Assembly (NCBI GenBank): GCA_905235435.1
Contig: CAJOLD010000009.1
Location: 16,129 to 80,128 of the forward strand
Reading direction: 5' to 3'
From: an uncultured Lachnospiraceae bacterium
GTDB lineage: Bacteria > Bacillota > Clostridia > Lachnospirales > Lachnospiraceae
Length of the DNA stretch: 64,000 nucleotides
Under the pieces are notes generated by a model. That model did no database searches. It saw only the letters and a list, made by a program, of their open reading frames with translations, and had not been told where the DNA came from. The position numbers were made by a program, and so were the translations under genes. Shown piece by piece: positions 20,665 to 31,628 of this stretch; the first letter of the stretch is position 1; each line of letters starts with the position of its first letter.

Positions 20665-21690
20665 TCAGTTAAGACCCATCAGTTTGCTCGTGATCCTGTA
20701 GGCCTTGACCCCGATCTTTCTTCCGAGCTTCCCGGGCAGGTTCATGAATATTTCGACGGGCGGAAGCCTGAGACGGAGATACATCGGCAGGCTCTTCTGT
20801 TTCAGGTAGCGCCACAGCTCCCGTTTCTTTTCAAGATCCTCCCCTGTTCCTCCGACCAGGAGCATGGACTGCGTGACCAGCATGATCTTTCCGAGGTAGA
20901 TATACATGTATTTTTTCACATGTTTGTTAAGCCCCGTGAAATCCTCCGCCGCCATGATATCGATCATGATCTTGTTCACCTTGATCTGCTGATCGACCCT
21001 CTGCACCATCACATGCTCATTGACGGACTGATCCTCCCTGCCGATATAGTAGTGATAGAAATTCACGTCCATGTAATACATCGACTTTACATACGGATAG
21101 GGCTGGAAGGCAAAGATGTTATCCACGTAGAAGGTATGCGCCGGGAGCCTCAGCCCGCTCTCTGAAAGGACGCTCCTGCGGTAAAAGATGTTGTGCATCA
21201 GAATGTACTGCGTCTCCCTCATGTGGCGCATCTTTGACCAGTCAAAGATCTCCTCCGTGGGGAATACGTGGCGGAAATGCATGACCTTCTTATGCTTTGC
21301 GCCGACCTTGTCATAGATGAAATTGACAAGGAACATGTCCACCGGCGTCCCGGCCTCCTCCAGCTCCTTCAGGCGGGAGACAACGGGAAGCAGATAGCGT
21401 TTGTCCGCCCAGTCATCGCTGTCGATCACCTTGAAATACAGACCCGTCGCGTTCCTGATCCCGGTATTGACCGCCTCCCCGTGTCCGCCGTTCTCCTGGT
21501 GGATGGCGCGGATGATCCCGGGGTATTTCTTTTCGTATGAATCCGCGATCTCCGGCGTCCGGTCCTTCGTGGAACCGTCGTCGATGATCAGGATCTCTAT
21601 ATCATCCCCTGCCGGAAGCAGCGACCGGATACATTTATCCATATAGGCTTCCGAATTGTAGCAGGGAATCGCGACTGTCAGTATCTTCAT
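20665..21690 (-). CDS. Glycosyltransferase family 2
   Basis: IPCYNS, IIDDGS, ENGGHG, DSDD motifs. Confidence 0.88.
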   Translation of the reverse strand: MKILTVAIPCYNSEAYMDKCIRSLLPAGDDIEILIIDDGSTKDRTPEIADSYEKKYPGIIRAIHQENGGHGEAVNTGIRNATGLYFKVIDSDDWADKRYLLPVVSRLKELEEAGTPVDMFLVNFIYDKVGAKHKKVMHFRHVFPTEEIFDWSKMRHMRETQYILMHNIFYRRSVLSESGLRLPAHTFYVDNIFAFQPYPYVKSMYYMDVNFYHYYIGREDQSVNEHVMVQRVDQQIKVNKIMIDIMAAEDFTGLNKHVKKYMYIYLGKIMLVTQSMLLVGGTGEDLEKKRELWRYLKQKSLPMYLRLRLPPVEIFMNLPGKLGRKIGVKAYRITSKLMGLN

Positions 21691-22797
21691 GATGATCTCT
21701 CCGTTTTTGTCAGCACTTGAAGTGCCGTTTTATATGCCGCAAAGGCAGAAGGCAGCGAATACTGGTCAAGCGCCCTCCGCGGTGTTTCAAACACGAGTCC
21801 GTCCGGGAGGGACTCCTTTCCGGAATCGTTGCGGAGCCTGACCAGCCAGCCGTGCATCTGCCACTCTATATGTGTAAAAATATGCGAGGAATCCGCAAGG
21901 CGCTCAAAGCTTTCGGGATCCAGTCCCTCGCCGAGGAGGCGCCGTCTGATCTGCTGCGGTCCGGGATGTCCCTCCAGTCCCGGGAATTCGTACAGCCCGG
22001 CGAGCAGTCCCTTTGGCGGTCTCTTCCTGAGGGCGATCTTTCCGTCCCCGGAAACCAGCAGGAGAATGGTCCTCTCCTCCTTCTTTCGCCCGGCCTTCGG
22101 TTTCTTTACGGGGAGCTCTTCCTCGCATCCCTCCTGCCTTGCCCTGCAGCAGTGCGCCAGCGGGCAGATCCCGCAGCCCGCAGGCGGGGCGTCCGTTCGG
22201 AAGGCAGATCAGAGCGCCGAGCTCCATCATTGCCTGATTAAATGTTCCCGGGGCATCCTCCGGAATGATCGCAAGAAGCTGCTCTCTCACCCTGCTTTTT
22301 ACGGACTGGGAAGAAATATCCTCACGGTCCGCCTGCAGGCGGCTCATCACGCGAAGAACATTTCCGTCGACGGCCGCTTCCCTGCGCCCGTAGGCGATGG
22401 AGGATACAGCACCGGCGGTGTATTCGCCGATCCCCGGAAGGGCGAGGAGCTCCTCTTTGCCTGCGGGAAGTTCTCCGCCGAAGCGTTCCTTTACGATGCG
22501 GGCGGCCTTCTGCATGTTCCGGACTCTGGAATAATAGCCGAGCCCCTCCCAGAGCTTCATAAGAAGATCCTCCGGGCATTCGGCCAGCGCCTCTACGCCG
22601 GGCAGTGCCGCGATAAACCGCTCAAAATAAGGGATGACCGCATCCACCCGCGTCTGCTGCAGCATGATCTCCGAGACCCACACATTGTATGGGGACGGAT
22701 CGCGGCGCCACGGAAGATCCCGCGCGTTTTTGTCAAACCACTGCATGAGCGGCGCTGCAATGCCGTTTATTTCGGGGACATTCGGGCTGCCGCTCAT
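21687..22797 (-). pseudogene. mutY: A/G-specific adenine glycosylase, frameshifted by a 7-bp duplication
   Basis: WVSEIMLQQT, WEGLGYYSR, LPGIGEYTA, VDGNV, QAMMELGA. CCCGCAG occurs twice at 22170-22183; removing one copy restores the reading frame to TGA at 21687. Confidence 0.88.
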
Positions 22798-23432
22798 CTC
22801 ATCTCTCCGTTCCCGAAGGACTGCGGATGCAGGATATTGTTGATCTTGGCCCTGATGACGTCAAAAGCCACATCGTTCATACCGCTGTTGATAATGATAT
22901 CCGCCTTGATCTTTGTGGGCTCCACATACAGGTAATGCATCGGTTTGACCGTGGTCAGATACTGGTCGACGATGTTGTCCAGATCGCGGCCCCTCTCCTT
23001 TACGTCGCGGAGGATCCTGCGGATGATGCGCTCATCGGCGTCCGCCTCGACAAAGATCTTGATATCCATAAGATCCCGGATCCTCGGTTCCGACAGCAGG
23101 AGGATGCCCTCCGCGATGATGATGGGCCTCGGCTCGATCCGCACGAAGCGGTCCGACCGGTTATGCATGCTGTAATCATAGACAGGGCAGTCTACCGCCT
23201 CACCCCTGCGGAGCGAGGCAAGATGCTCCACCAGCAGATCCGTCTCGAGGGAATCCGGATGGTCATAATTGACCTTCTTCCTCTCCTCAAAGGGAAGGTC
23301 GTCCTGTCTTCTGTAATAATTATCATGGTAGATGACGGCGATATCATCGCCGAATTCATCCTTCAGCCTGTTCGTGAACGTAGATTTGCCGGAGCCGGAG
23401 CCGCCGGCGATACCGATGATAAACGTATCCAT
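22794..23432 (-). CDS. udk: Uridine kinase
   Basis: GIAGGSGSGKST, HDNYY, NYDHPD, RRILRDVKERGR, VKPMH. Confidence 0.93.
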   Translation of the reverse strand: MDTFIIGIAGGSGSGKSTFTNRLKDEFGDDIAVIYHDNYYRRQDDLPFEERKKVNYDHPDSLETDLLVEHLASLRRGEAVDCPVYDYSMHNRSDRFVRIEPRPIIIAEGILLLSEPRIRDLMDIKIFVEADADERIIRRILRDVKERGRDLDNIVDQYLTTVKPMHYLYVEPTKIKADIIINSGMNDVAFDVIRAKINNILHPQSFGNGEMR

Positions 23433-23457
23433 CCTTCCCGTCCCTCCCTGGTGCCGG

Positions 23458-23988
23458 TCAGTCTGTGCCTGTCACCTTCACCTGGCACATCTGCATGGTC
23501 GCGAGCGCCTTCTCATGGCTTTCAGGTGTGACGCCTGCGCACAGGCGGGCATCGACGGTGATGGGGACCTCGGGCATATATGCCTTCAGCAGGAGCGCGT
23601 TGGATACCACGCAGATATCCGTGCACAGTCCGCAGATCTCGATCCCGATCTCTTCCTTCTTCGATCTTTCAAGGATCGCATCGGCAAGCGCCGTGCTTCC
23701 GAAGGTCGGCTTGTCAAAGACAGGCGCGTCTCCCAGCGCCTCCGCGATCTCCGGGCGGATCTGCCAGCCTTCGCTTCCCCTGATGCAGTGGGCCACGGGA
23801 AGATTCCTGCCCTCCTGGGTATCCATATAATGTTCCTCATGGGTGTCCCGCGTAGCGTAAACGTTTCCCGGCTCATACGCGCGGATCCTCTCCGCGACCG
23901 CGGGAACGATTTCGCAGGCCTCGGCCGTACCGAGCGCGCCGTCAATAAAGTCATTCTGCATATCAATGACGATCAGTATTTTATTCAT
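23458..23988 (-). CDS. Isochorismatase-family cysteine hydrolase (nicotinamidase-like)
   Basis: VIDMQNDF, TRDTH, HC, DKPTFGS, GLCTDICV. Confidence 0.85.
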   Translation of the reverse strand: MNKILIVIDMQNDFIDGALGTAEACEIVPAVAERIRAYEPGNVYATRDTHEEHYMDTQEGRNLPVAHCIRGSEGWQIRPEIAEALGDAPVFDKPTFGSTALADAILERSKKEEIGIEICGLCTDICVVSNALLLKAYMPEVPITVDARLCAGVTPESHEKALATMQMCQVKVTGTD

Positions 23989-24059
23989 CCTGACGCCTCC
24001 TTCCAATCCATGTTATTATAACAGGGAAGCCATAAATAGTAAAATGGAAAGGAACTGAT

Positions 24060-25070
24060 ATGACCAGGAAAATTCTCGTGATCGGCTCTGCCGTCGCGGA
24101 CGTCGTGATCACCCTGCCGCATCTCCCCTCCCGGAGCGAGGACGTCCATGTGCGCTCACAGGCCATGAACCTCGGCGGCTGCGGATACAACGTCTACGAC
24201 ACCATCCGCCATTTCGGCGCGCCCGCCATCCCCTTCCTGCCCGTCGGCACGGGCGCCTACGGGGATTTCATCCGCGCGCGGTTTAAGGAAAGAGGGATCG
24301 TCACCCCGCTTCCGCAGCCGGCGGAGGATAACGGATGCTGCTACTGCTTTGTCGAGGACGACGGGGAGCGCACCTTCCTCTCCTACCACGGCGCGGAGTA
24401 CAAATTCCGCCCGGAATGGTTCGGTCTGATCGATCCTACGGATATCGGCCTCGTCTATATCTGCGGCCTCGAGATCGAGGAAGATACCGGCGGGCATATC
24501 ATCGCCTTCCTTGAGAAGAACCCGCAGCTTAAGGTCATGTTCGCGCCGGGGCCGCGGATCCTGAAGATCCTCCCGGAGCGCATGGAGCGCATCTTCGCCC
24601 TCAGGCCCATGATCCACTTAAACGAAACCGAAGTCTGCGAATACTATTATGCCTGCCGCGGCGGCAAAGACCGGACGGAAAGCGTTTCGGAAAGCGCGGC
24701 CAAAGCTCCCGCGGATGGCAGCCTTACGTCCGAAGAGGCGAAGGCCGCCGCTTACCTGCAGGAAAGATGTGGGAGCAGCGTGATCGTGACACTCGGCAGC
24801 AGAGGCGCCGCCATCTGCGGCCCTGAAGGCATCACAAATGTCCCGGGCGTTCCCGCCCGCCAGGTGGACACGATCGGCGCGGGGGACGCCCACGTCGGCG
24901 CCCTCCTCGCCTGTCTGCAGGCCGGCCTTTCCCTTCCGGAAGCGGCCGCCCGCGCAAACCGCGTAGCCGCAAAGGTCGTGGAAACGCGCGGCGCCCTGCT
25001 GGGCAGTGAAGAGTTTGTTTCGCTCGGGGTATCGCTAAGCGCCGCCGCACAGGGAGAAACAGAAAGCTGA
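24060..25070 (+). CDS. PfkB-family carbohydrate kinase
   Basis: GGCGYNV, DGERT, NETE, VTLGSRG, DTIGAGDAH. Confidence 0.88.
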   Translation: MTRKILVIGSAVADVVITLPHLPSRSEDVHVRSQAMNLGGCGYNVYDTIRHFGAPAIPFLPVGTGAYGDFIRARFKERGIVTPLPQPAEDNGCCYCFVEDDGERTFLSYHGAEYKFRPEWFGLIDPTDIGLVYICGLEIEEDTGGHIIAFLEKNPQLKVMFAPGPRILKILPERMERIFALRPMIHLNETEVCEYYYACRGGKDRTESVSESAAKAPADGSLTSEEAKAAAYLQERCGSSVIVTLGSRGAAICGPEGITNVPGVPARQVDTIGAGDAHVGALLACLQAGLSLPEAAARANRVAAKVVETRGALLGSEEFVSLGVSLSAAAQGETES

Positions 25071-25091
25071 AGATTGAAACCATCCGCGCAC

Positions 25092-25120
25092 AAAAAAGGA
25101 GCCCTGCCGGGCTCCTTTTT
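25092..25120. terminator. Bidirectional intrinsic terminator
   Basis: AAAAAAGGAGCCC-TGCC-GGGCTCCTTTTT between convergent genes. Confidence 0.88.
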
Positions 25121-25126
25121 CATTTC

Positions 25127-25843
25127 TCAGAAACAGATGGCTGTCTCGAGAGCAACAAGCATCATATCCTTGAAGCTTTCCTGCCGCTCCTGCGCGGGCA
25201 TTTCCTCTCCGGTGACGATATTGTCGGATACAGTAAAGATGCTCAGGGCGCGCACGCCGGCTCTCGCGGCGTTGCAGTAGAGGGCGACGCTCTCCATCTC
25301 CGTCGCGAGGATGCCCATCTTCTGCCACCTCTTCCAGTTGGGCGTCTCGTCAGGATCGCCGTAGAAGACGTCGGAAGAAACAATGTTGCCCACCTCGTGT
25401 CTGAATCCGTGCTCGGTCGCGATCCGGTCCGCGCAGCTTAAAAGTTCATAGTCGGCGATCGGCGCGAAGGTGCCTGGCAGATTATAATGGGCCGCGTAAT
25501 TGGAATCTGTGCTCGCGCCCATGGCCATAACGATATCCCCGAGCTTCATCGATTCCTGCATCGCCCCGCAGGATCCGATGCGGATGAGGTTCTTTACGCC
25601 GTAGACATGGATCAGTTCATACGTATAAAGCCCGATGGAGGGGCAGCCCATGCCCGTCCCCATGACAGAGACCTTTTTCCCTTTGTAAGTGCCCGTGTAG
25701 CCGAACATATTCCTCACGGAGTTGAAATGCACGGTATCTTCAAGGAACGTGTCCGCAATGACTTTTGCCCGCAGGGGATCTCCCGGCAGAAGTACGGTCT
25801 CGGCGATATCGCCCGGATTTGCGCTGTTATGTGGTGTTGCCAT
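25127..25843 (-). CDS. deoD: Purine-nucleoside phosphorylase
   Basis: MATPH, LPGDPLRAK, GTGMGCPS, RIGSCG, EMES, TVSD. Confidence 0.94.
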   Translation of the reverse strand: MATPHNSANPGDIAETVLLPGDPLRAKVIADTFLEDTVHFNSVRNMFGYTGTYKGKKVSVMGTGMGCPSIGLYTYELIHVYGVKNLIRIGSCGAMQESMKLGDIVMAMGASTDSNYAAHYNLPGTFAPIADYELLSCADRIATEHGFRHEVGNIVSSDVFYGDPDETPNWKRWQKMGILATEMESVALYCNAARAGVRALSIFTVSDNIVTGEEMPAQERQESFKDMMLVALETAICF

Positions 25844-25913
25844 CGTATCATCCCTTCTTTTCTTCAGACATTAACGGTTTAACGAGCTAATCAAATATTA
25901 ACACAAACATACA

Positions 25914-25953
25914 AAAATCGGAAGGGCCGCATATACGGACCCTTCCGTGATTT
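25914..25953 (-). terminator. Terminator after rny
   Basis: AAAATCGGAAGGG..CCCTTCCGTGATTTT inverted repeat. Confidence 0.65.
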
Positions 25954-25977
25954 TCGTTTGGTATTGCCTGTAAAGAA

Positions 25978-27534
25978 TCATTTTGCGTAGTCGACAACTC
26001 TTGACTCGCGGATTACACTTACTTTGATCTGTCCCGGATATTCCATTTCGGCTTCGATCTGCTGCGCGATCTCTCTCGCCATGAGAGTCATCTCCGCGTC
26101 GCTGACCTGTTCCGGTACGACCATGATGCGAACCTCTCTCCCTGCCTGAATAGCAAAGGACTTTTCCACGCCCTTGTAGGCGTTCGTAATATCTTCCAAC
26201 TGTTTTAAACGTTTTGTGTAAGTCTCAAGGGTCTCTCTGCGGGCGCCGGGCCTTGCGGCAGAAATGGTATCTGCAGCCTGCACGACACATGCGATCAGTG
26301 ACTCGGGCTCCACATCGCCGTGGTGTGCTTCCACAGCATTGACAATAAGCGGGCTTTCCTTGTATTTTCTGCACAGATCCGCGCCGATCTGAACGTGAGA
26401 ACCTTCGACCTCATGATCAATGGATTTACCAATGTCATGAAGCAGGCCTGCGCGCTTCGCAGTGCGGATGTCCAGACCGATCTCTCCTGCGAGAAGGCCG
26501 CAGAGCTGCGCGACCTCGATCGAATGCTTGAGGGCATTCTGACCGTAGCTGGAGCGGAAACGCATTCTTCCGAGAAGGCGGACCAGTTCCGGATGAAGAC
26601 CGTGCACGCCGACTTCGAGGCAGGCTGCCTCGCCCTCTTCGCGCACCATGGTGTCCACTTCCTTCTGTGCCTTTTCGACGGTCTCCTCGATCCTGGCGGG
26701 ATGGATGCGGCCGTCGACGATCAGCTTTTCAAGCGCTATCCTTGCGACCTCTCTCCTGACGGGATCGAAACCGGAAATTACCACGGCTTCCGGTGTGTCG
26801 TCAATAATGAGTTCCACGCCGGTCATCGTCTCAAGGGTACGGATGTTGCGTCCCTCACGACCGATGATACGTCCTTTCATTTCGTCATTCGGAAGCTGTA
26901 CAACGGAGATCGTTGCTTCGGACACGTGATCAGCCGCACATCGCTGAATCGCTGTGACAACGTACTCCTTCGCCTTCTGGGAGGCTTCTTCCTTTGCTTT
27001 GCTTTCAAGCTCTTTGTAGAGCTTGGCGGCATCTGTTCTTACTTCGTCTTCAACAGTTTTTAAAAGATATTCCTTTGCCTGTTCGGAGGTCAGACCTGAG
27101 ATTCGCTCAAGTTCCTGTAATCTTTGTTCCACAAGCCTGTCGGCTTCCGCCTGCTGATCCTTCAGCTCTTGCTCTTTTGCTGCAATGTCGGCCTCACGGC
27201 GTTCCAGAGTCTCAGCTTTCCTGTCGACGCTTTCTTCCTTCGCCAGGACGCGCTTTTCATAGCGCTGGACCTCGGCGCGACGGTCTTTCGCCTCTTTCTC
27301 AGAATCATTCTTGATCTTGAGAGACTCTTCCTTCGCCTCGAGGAGCGCTTCGCGCTTCTTCGTCTCCGCCGTGCGCAGTGCGTCGTCAATGATCTGTCTC
27401 GCCTTCTCCTCCGCGTTTCCGATCTTGGCGTCGGAAGACTTCTGGTGGATATTGATGGCGATCAGACATGAGAGCGGCACTGCGATGACCAGTGTAATGA
27501 TCACAGCAATGAGGATCATCATAGCTGGTGTCAC
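25978..27534 (-). CDS. rny: Ribonuclease Y
   Basis: N-terminal TM, coiled coil, KH motif [16 protein letters not shown] motif LLHDIGK; promoter TTGACA (27605-10), 17 bp, TAAACT. Confidence 0.96.
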   Translation of the reverse strand: MTPAMMILIAVIITLVIAVPLSCLIAINIHQKSSDAKIGNAEEKARQIIDDALRTAETKKREALLEAKEESLKIKNDSEKEAKDRRAEVQRYEKRVLAKEESVDRKAETLERREADIAAKEQELKDQQAEADRLVEQRLQELERISGLTSEQAKEYLLKTVEDEVRTDAAKLYKELESKAKEEASQKAKEYVVTAIQRCAADHVSEATISVVQLPNDEMKGRIIGREGRNIRTLETMTGVELIIDDTPEAVVISGFDPVRREVARIALEKLIVDGRIHPARIEETVEKAQKEVDTMVREEGEAACLEVGVHGLHPELVRLLGRMRFRSSYGQNALKHSIEVAQLCGLLAGEIGLDIRTAKRAGLLHDIGKSIDHEVEGSHVQIGADLCRKYKESPLIVNAVEAHHGDVEPESLIACVVQAADTISAARPGARRETLETYTKRLKQLEDITNAYKGVEKSFAIQAGREVRIMVVPEQVSDAEMTLMAREIAQQIEAEMEYPGQIKVSVIRESRVVDYAK

Positions 27535-27601
27535 AGGAGCACCTCCTTATTTAGTTTTCATTGTTGCTATACAACATTTCAAGTTTATCCTTTTTATGAA
27601 A

Positions 27602-28192
27602 TTATGTCAATGTTTTCTTTATGTCCGAAAACGAAAAACCCTTTCTGAGTAAAAACTGATAAAAACGCTGCGTCTCCTTTTCATCCGCCGTTTCCGGGCA
27701 GAATTTCTTCTTTTCGGCCAGCCTTCGGATGACCTCGCAGGGATCCGCGGGATCCTCCTCCAGCGCCTGCTGCGCTGTTTGGCGCTCAACACCCTTCTGC
27801 TCCAGTTCCATCAGGAGGAGCCTCGCGCTCTTTTTGTCCCTGTTGGCAAGGATGTAGTTTTCCGAGTACCGAAGGTCATCAAGATAATGTGCAGCCTTCA
27901 TCGCATCGAGGGCCTTGTCGATGACGTCTTCAGGGTACTCCCCCTCCTTCAGCTTAAGGCGGAGCTGCTGCTCCGTCCGGTCCATTCTCTCCAGGAGGTG
28001 CATACAGCGCATCTTTGCCCTTTTGAGCAGGACCGCGGTGCAGATCTCATCATAAAGCGCGCCGGATACCTCCTGCCCCTCGGACAGGCGGTACTCGGCG
28101 CACTCTTTTTCATACAGCAGGAAGGCCGGTTCATCATTCAGCCAGATCCGCACCTTCCCTGAACGTGTTTTCTCGATTTTTGTGAGGATCAT
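27602..28192 (-). CDS. recX: Regulatory protein RecX
   Basis: [34 protein letters not shown] overlap with recA stop. Confidence 0.9.
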   Translation of the reverse strand: MILTKIEKTRSGKVRIWLNDEPAFLLYEKECAEYRLSEGQEVSGALYDEICTAVLLKRAKMRCMHLLERMDRTEQQLRLKLKEGEYPEDVIDKALDAMKAAHYLDDLRYSENYILANRDKKSARLLLMELEQKGVERQTAQQALEEDPADPCEVIRRLAEKKKFCPETADEKETQRFYQFLLRKGFSFSDIKKTLT

Positions 28193-29230
28193 GATTCTTC
28201 TTTCTCATCTTCCGCCCCGGCAGCTGCCGGTGCCTCCGCGGTCTGCGGCAGTCCGAAATGCTCGCGGACAAGGTTCTCCACCTCAGCCATCACCTCCGGA
28301 TGCTGCGCAAGGTAGAGCTTTGCGTTCTCACGGCCCTGCCCGATCTTCTCGCCCTTGTAGGCGTACCAGGCGCCGCTCTTGACGATGATATCCAGCTTCG
28401 CGGCCAGATCCAGGCTCCCGGGAGATGCCCTTGCCGAACATGATATCGAACTCCGCCTCCTTGAACGGCGGCGCGATCTTGTTCTTGACGACCTTGATGC
28501 GCGTATGGTTGCCGATGACTTCTCCGCTCTGCTTGAGGCTCTCCACCCTGCGCACGTCGAGGCGGATGGAGGAATAGAATTTGAGGGCGCGGCCGCCGGT
28601 CGTCGTCTCCGGGTTGCCGAACATGACGCCCACCTTCTCACGGAGCTGGTTGATAAAGATCACGATGCAGTTGGACTTGCTGATGACGCCGGTCAGCTTG
28701 CGCAGCGCCTGGGACATGAGCCTTGCCTGCAGGCCCACGTGGGAATCCCCCATCTCTCCGTCGATCTCGGCCTTCGGAACGAGGGCCGCGACAGAGTCGA
28801 CGATGATGATATCCACAGCGCCGGAGCGGACCATGGTCTCCGTGATCTCAAGCGCCTGTTCCCCGTTGTCCGGCTGTGAGATATAGAGGTTGTCGATATC
28901 CACGCCGATATTGCGGGCGTAGACGGGGTCGAGCGCGTGCTCCGCATCGATAAAGCCGGCGATGCCGCCGCGCTTCTGTACCTCGGCGACCATGTGCAGG
29001 GCCACCGTGGTCTTGCCGCTGGACTCGGGTCCGTAGATCTCCACGATCCTTCCGCGGGGAACGCCGCCCATGCCCAGGGCGATATCAAGGCTGAGGGAAC
29101 CCGTGGGCACTGTCTCCACGTTGAGGTTGGCGGTAGAGTCGCCGAGCTTCATAACGGCTCCCCTGCCGTATTCTTTCTCAATATGCGCGAGCGCTGCGTC
29201 GAGCGCTTTCATTTTATCCTGATCTGCCAT
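28189..29230 (-). pseudogene. recA: Recombinase RecA, frameshifted near the 3' end (inferred 8-bp deletion)
   Basis: [39 protein letters not shown]. Frame breaks at GISRE|LDLAA (28414/28415); the tail [15 protein letters not shown] lies in another frame ending at 28189. Confidence 0.9.
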
Positions 29231-29257
29231 GTTTCGGTCTCCTTCCGTTGCTTAATC

Positions 29258-29300
29258 GAACATCTGTTCTGATAATACATGAATGGGCACTGTTTGTCAA
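29258..29300 (-). promoter_or_regulatory. recA promoter with LexA SOS (Cheo) box
   Basis: GAAC-ATCT-GTTC at 29258-69 fits GAAC-N4-GTTC; TTGACA (29295-300), 17 bp, TATTAT (29272-77). Confidence 0.85.
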
Positions 29301-29383
29301 TACCCAACATTTTTATTTATCATAAAGCCTGCCGCCCCGCGGTGTAAAGCAATGCTTTGTTGCGCGCTGACACGATTCGTGTC

Positions 29384-30433
29384 CTACAGCAGGCGGCGGA
29401 TATCATTGAACATGATAAAGACCATCAGGACCATCAGCAGCATAAAGCCGGCGATGTGGATCTTCGCCTCCGTCTCCGGATCGATCCTTTTCCTCCGGAC
29501 GCACTCCACCACAAGAAAGAGCAGGCGTCCGCCGTCCAGCGCCGGGATGGGCAGCAGGTTCATGACGCCCAGGTTCGCCGAGAGCAGGATCGCGATATTC
29601 ATCATGTTCAGGAAGACATAGAAGGCGCCGTCCTTCCGGCTCTCCTCGTAGGTATCCCCAATGATGTCCACGATGCCGACGGGGCCGGACATCTCATTTA
29701 AGGAGACCCCTCCCGTAACGAGCAGGGCAAGGCCCTTGAACGTCGTGCGGATCCAGTAGCGCACCTCCAGGCAGCTGTAAAGAGCGATCCCCAGGATGCC
29801 CTCGCGCGTGCGGTTATTGATGTTTCCGGAGATGCCGAGGATATATCTTCCCGTTCCGCTGTCCACAGGGACAAGGGACACCTCGCCCTTCTCCCCGTCC
29901 CTCTCGTAGCCGATCACGACGGGGCTCCCGCCCGCGTAGAGCTTCTGGTTGTATTCGGTATAGTCCGCGACCTCGCGGTAAAGCCAGATCCGCTCTCCGT
30001 TGATGGAGGTGATCATGTCCCCGGCCATAAGTCCCGCCTCCGCGGCGGGATATCCCTCGGAAACAGCCAGGATCTCGGGCCTGTCGATCCCGTAGCAGCC
30101 GATGATGACCGCCGAGAGCAGCCAGGCGAGAATGAAATTAAAGACAGGGCCCGCGGCAACGATCAGGATCCGCCGCCATGCGGGCTTCGACGAGAACGAG
30201 CCCTCCGCTTCCGTATTCTCCCCGTCCTCTCCCAGCATCAAGCAGGAGCCTCCGAGGGGAAGGGCCTTGATCGACCATCTGGTCCCTCCGCGCGTAAAGC
30301 TGCAAAGCCGCGGCCCCATCCCGAGTGAGAACTCCAGGACGGTGACTCCGCTGCGCTTCGCGAGAAGAAAATGCCCGAACTCATGAAAGATGATGATAAA
30401 GCTGAAGATCAGAACAGCTATGACAAAACGCAA
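29384..30433 (-). CDS. rseP: RIP metalloprotease RseP
   Basis: HEFGH, AGPVFN, PDZ domain, NLLPIPALDGG; likely TTG start at 30433. Confidence 0.92.
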   Translation of the reverse strand: MRFVIAVLIFSFIIIFHEFGHFLLAKRSGVTVLEFSLGMGPRLCSFTRGGTRWSIKALPLGGSCLMLGEDGENTEAEGSFSSKPAWRRILIVAAGPVFNFILAWLLSAVIIGCYGIDRPEILAVSEGYPAAEAGLMAGDMITSINGERIWLYREVADYTEYNQKLYAGGSPVVIGYERDGEKGEVSLVPVDSGTGRYILGISGNINNRTREGILGIALYSCLEVRYWIRTTFKGLALLVTGGVSLNEMSGPVGIVDIIGDTYEESRKDGAFYVFLNMMNIAILLSANLGVMNLLPIPALDGGRLLFLVVECVRRKRIDPETEAKIHIAGFMLLMVLMVFIMFNDIRRLL

Positions 30434-30450
30434 TAAACCAAACCTTCTTT

Positions 30451-31605
30451 CTATGCCTCCCGGTACCTTTCCCCGATCTGCGCGCGCACACGGGCCTCCG
30501 TCTCCAGGATCTCTTCCACCGTGGGCGACGGGACGGCCGGGATGCTGCTCATGCATTCCCCGATGATCTCATAGATCTCAAGGAAGCGGATCCTGCCGGC
30601 GAGGAACAGTGCGACCGCGGCCTCGTTCGCGGCGTTAAAGACGGTGGGCATGCTCCCGCCTGCGGCAAAAGCCTCCCTGGCCATCGCAAGGCCGCGGAAG
30701 GTCTCCGTGTCCGGCTCCTCAAAGGTGATCCTCCCGAGAGAGGCAAAATCAAGTCTTTCCCCCGCGAGCGGGAGCCGCTCCGGCCAGAAAAGAGCATACT
30801 GGATGGGAAGCTTCATGTCCGGCGTCCCGAGCTGCGCGATCACGGCGCCGTCCTCATACTCCACCATGGAGTGGATGACGCTCTGCGGCTGAACGATGAC
30901 GCGGACCTGATCCTGCGGTACGCCGAAAAGGTGGGAGGCTTCCATCACCTCCAGCCCTTTGTTGACGAGCGTGGCGGAATCGATCGTGATCTTGCTGCCC
31001 ATCTTCCAGTTGGGATGGTTCAGCGCGTCCTCCACGCGCACATATTCAAGGTCTTCTCTCTTTCTCCCGCGGAAGGGACCGCCGGATGCCGTAAGCCAGA
31101 TCCTGGCGATCCGGTTCTCCCTCTCCCCGTTCAGGGACTGGAAGATCGCGCTGTGCTCGCTGTCGACCGGCAGGATCTTCACGTTCTTCCGGGCGGCGAG
31201 CGGCATGATGATATGCCCCGCGGTGACCAGCGTCTCCTTGTTCGCGAGGGCGATATCCTTCCCCGCCTCGATGGCGGCAATGGTCGGGCGGATGCCGATC
31301 ATGCCGACGATGGCAGTCACGAGCATCTCGGATTCGGGAGCCCCCGCGACCTCGATCAGCCCGTCCATGCCGGAGACGATCCGGACGGAAAGGTCCGCCG
31401 TGCGCCCGCGAAGGACGGCCGCGTCCTCCTCCCGGGAGACGGCGGCTAAAGAAGGCTTAAACTCGCGGATCTGCTTTTCCAGCAGATCGATATTGGTCCC
31501 CGCGGAGAGCGCGCAGACGCGCAGCCTTCCGGGATTGGCGCGGACGACATCCAGGGTCTGGGTGCCGATCGAGCCGGTGGAGCCTAGAATGGCGATCGTT
31601 TTCAT
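30451..31605 (-). CDS. dxr: 1-deoxy-D-xylulose-5-phosphate reductoisomerase
   Basis: LGSTGSIG, LANKE, PVDSEHSA, HPNWKMGSKITIDSAT, NAANE. Confidence 0.96.
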   Translation of the reverse strand: MKTIAILGSTGSIGTQTLDVVRANPGRLRVCALSAGTNIDLLEKQIREFKPSLAAVSREEDAAVLRGRTADLSVRIVSGMDGLIEVAGAPESEMLVTAIVGMIGIRPTIAAIEAGKDIALANKETLVTAGHIIMPLAARKNVKILPVDSEHSAIFQSLNGERENRIARIWLTASGGPFRGRKREDLEYVRVEDALNHPNWKMGSKITIDSATLVNKGLEVMEASHLFGVPQDQVRVIVQPQSVIHSMVEYEDGAVIAQLGTPDMKLPIQYALFWPERLPLAGERLDFASLGRITFEEPDTETFRGLAMAREAFAAGGSMPTVFNAANEAAVALFLAGRIRFLEIYEIIGECMSSIPAVPSPTVEEILETEARVRAQIGERYREA

Positions 31606-31628
31606 GCGGGTATCTCCTTTCAGTCCGC

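Noticed and set aside
28189..28641. Separate 150-aa ORF overlapping recA
   Set aside because: It is the out-of-frame recA C-terminus, not an independent gene.
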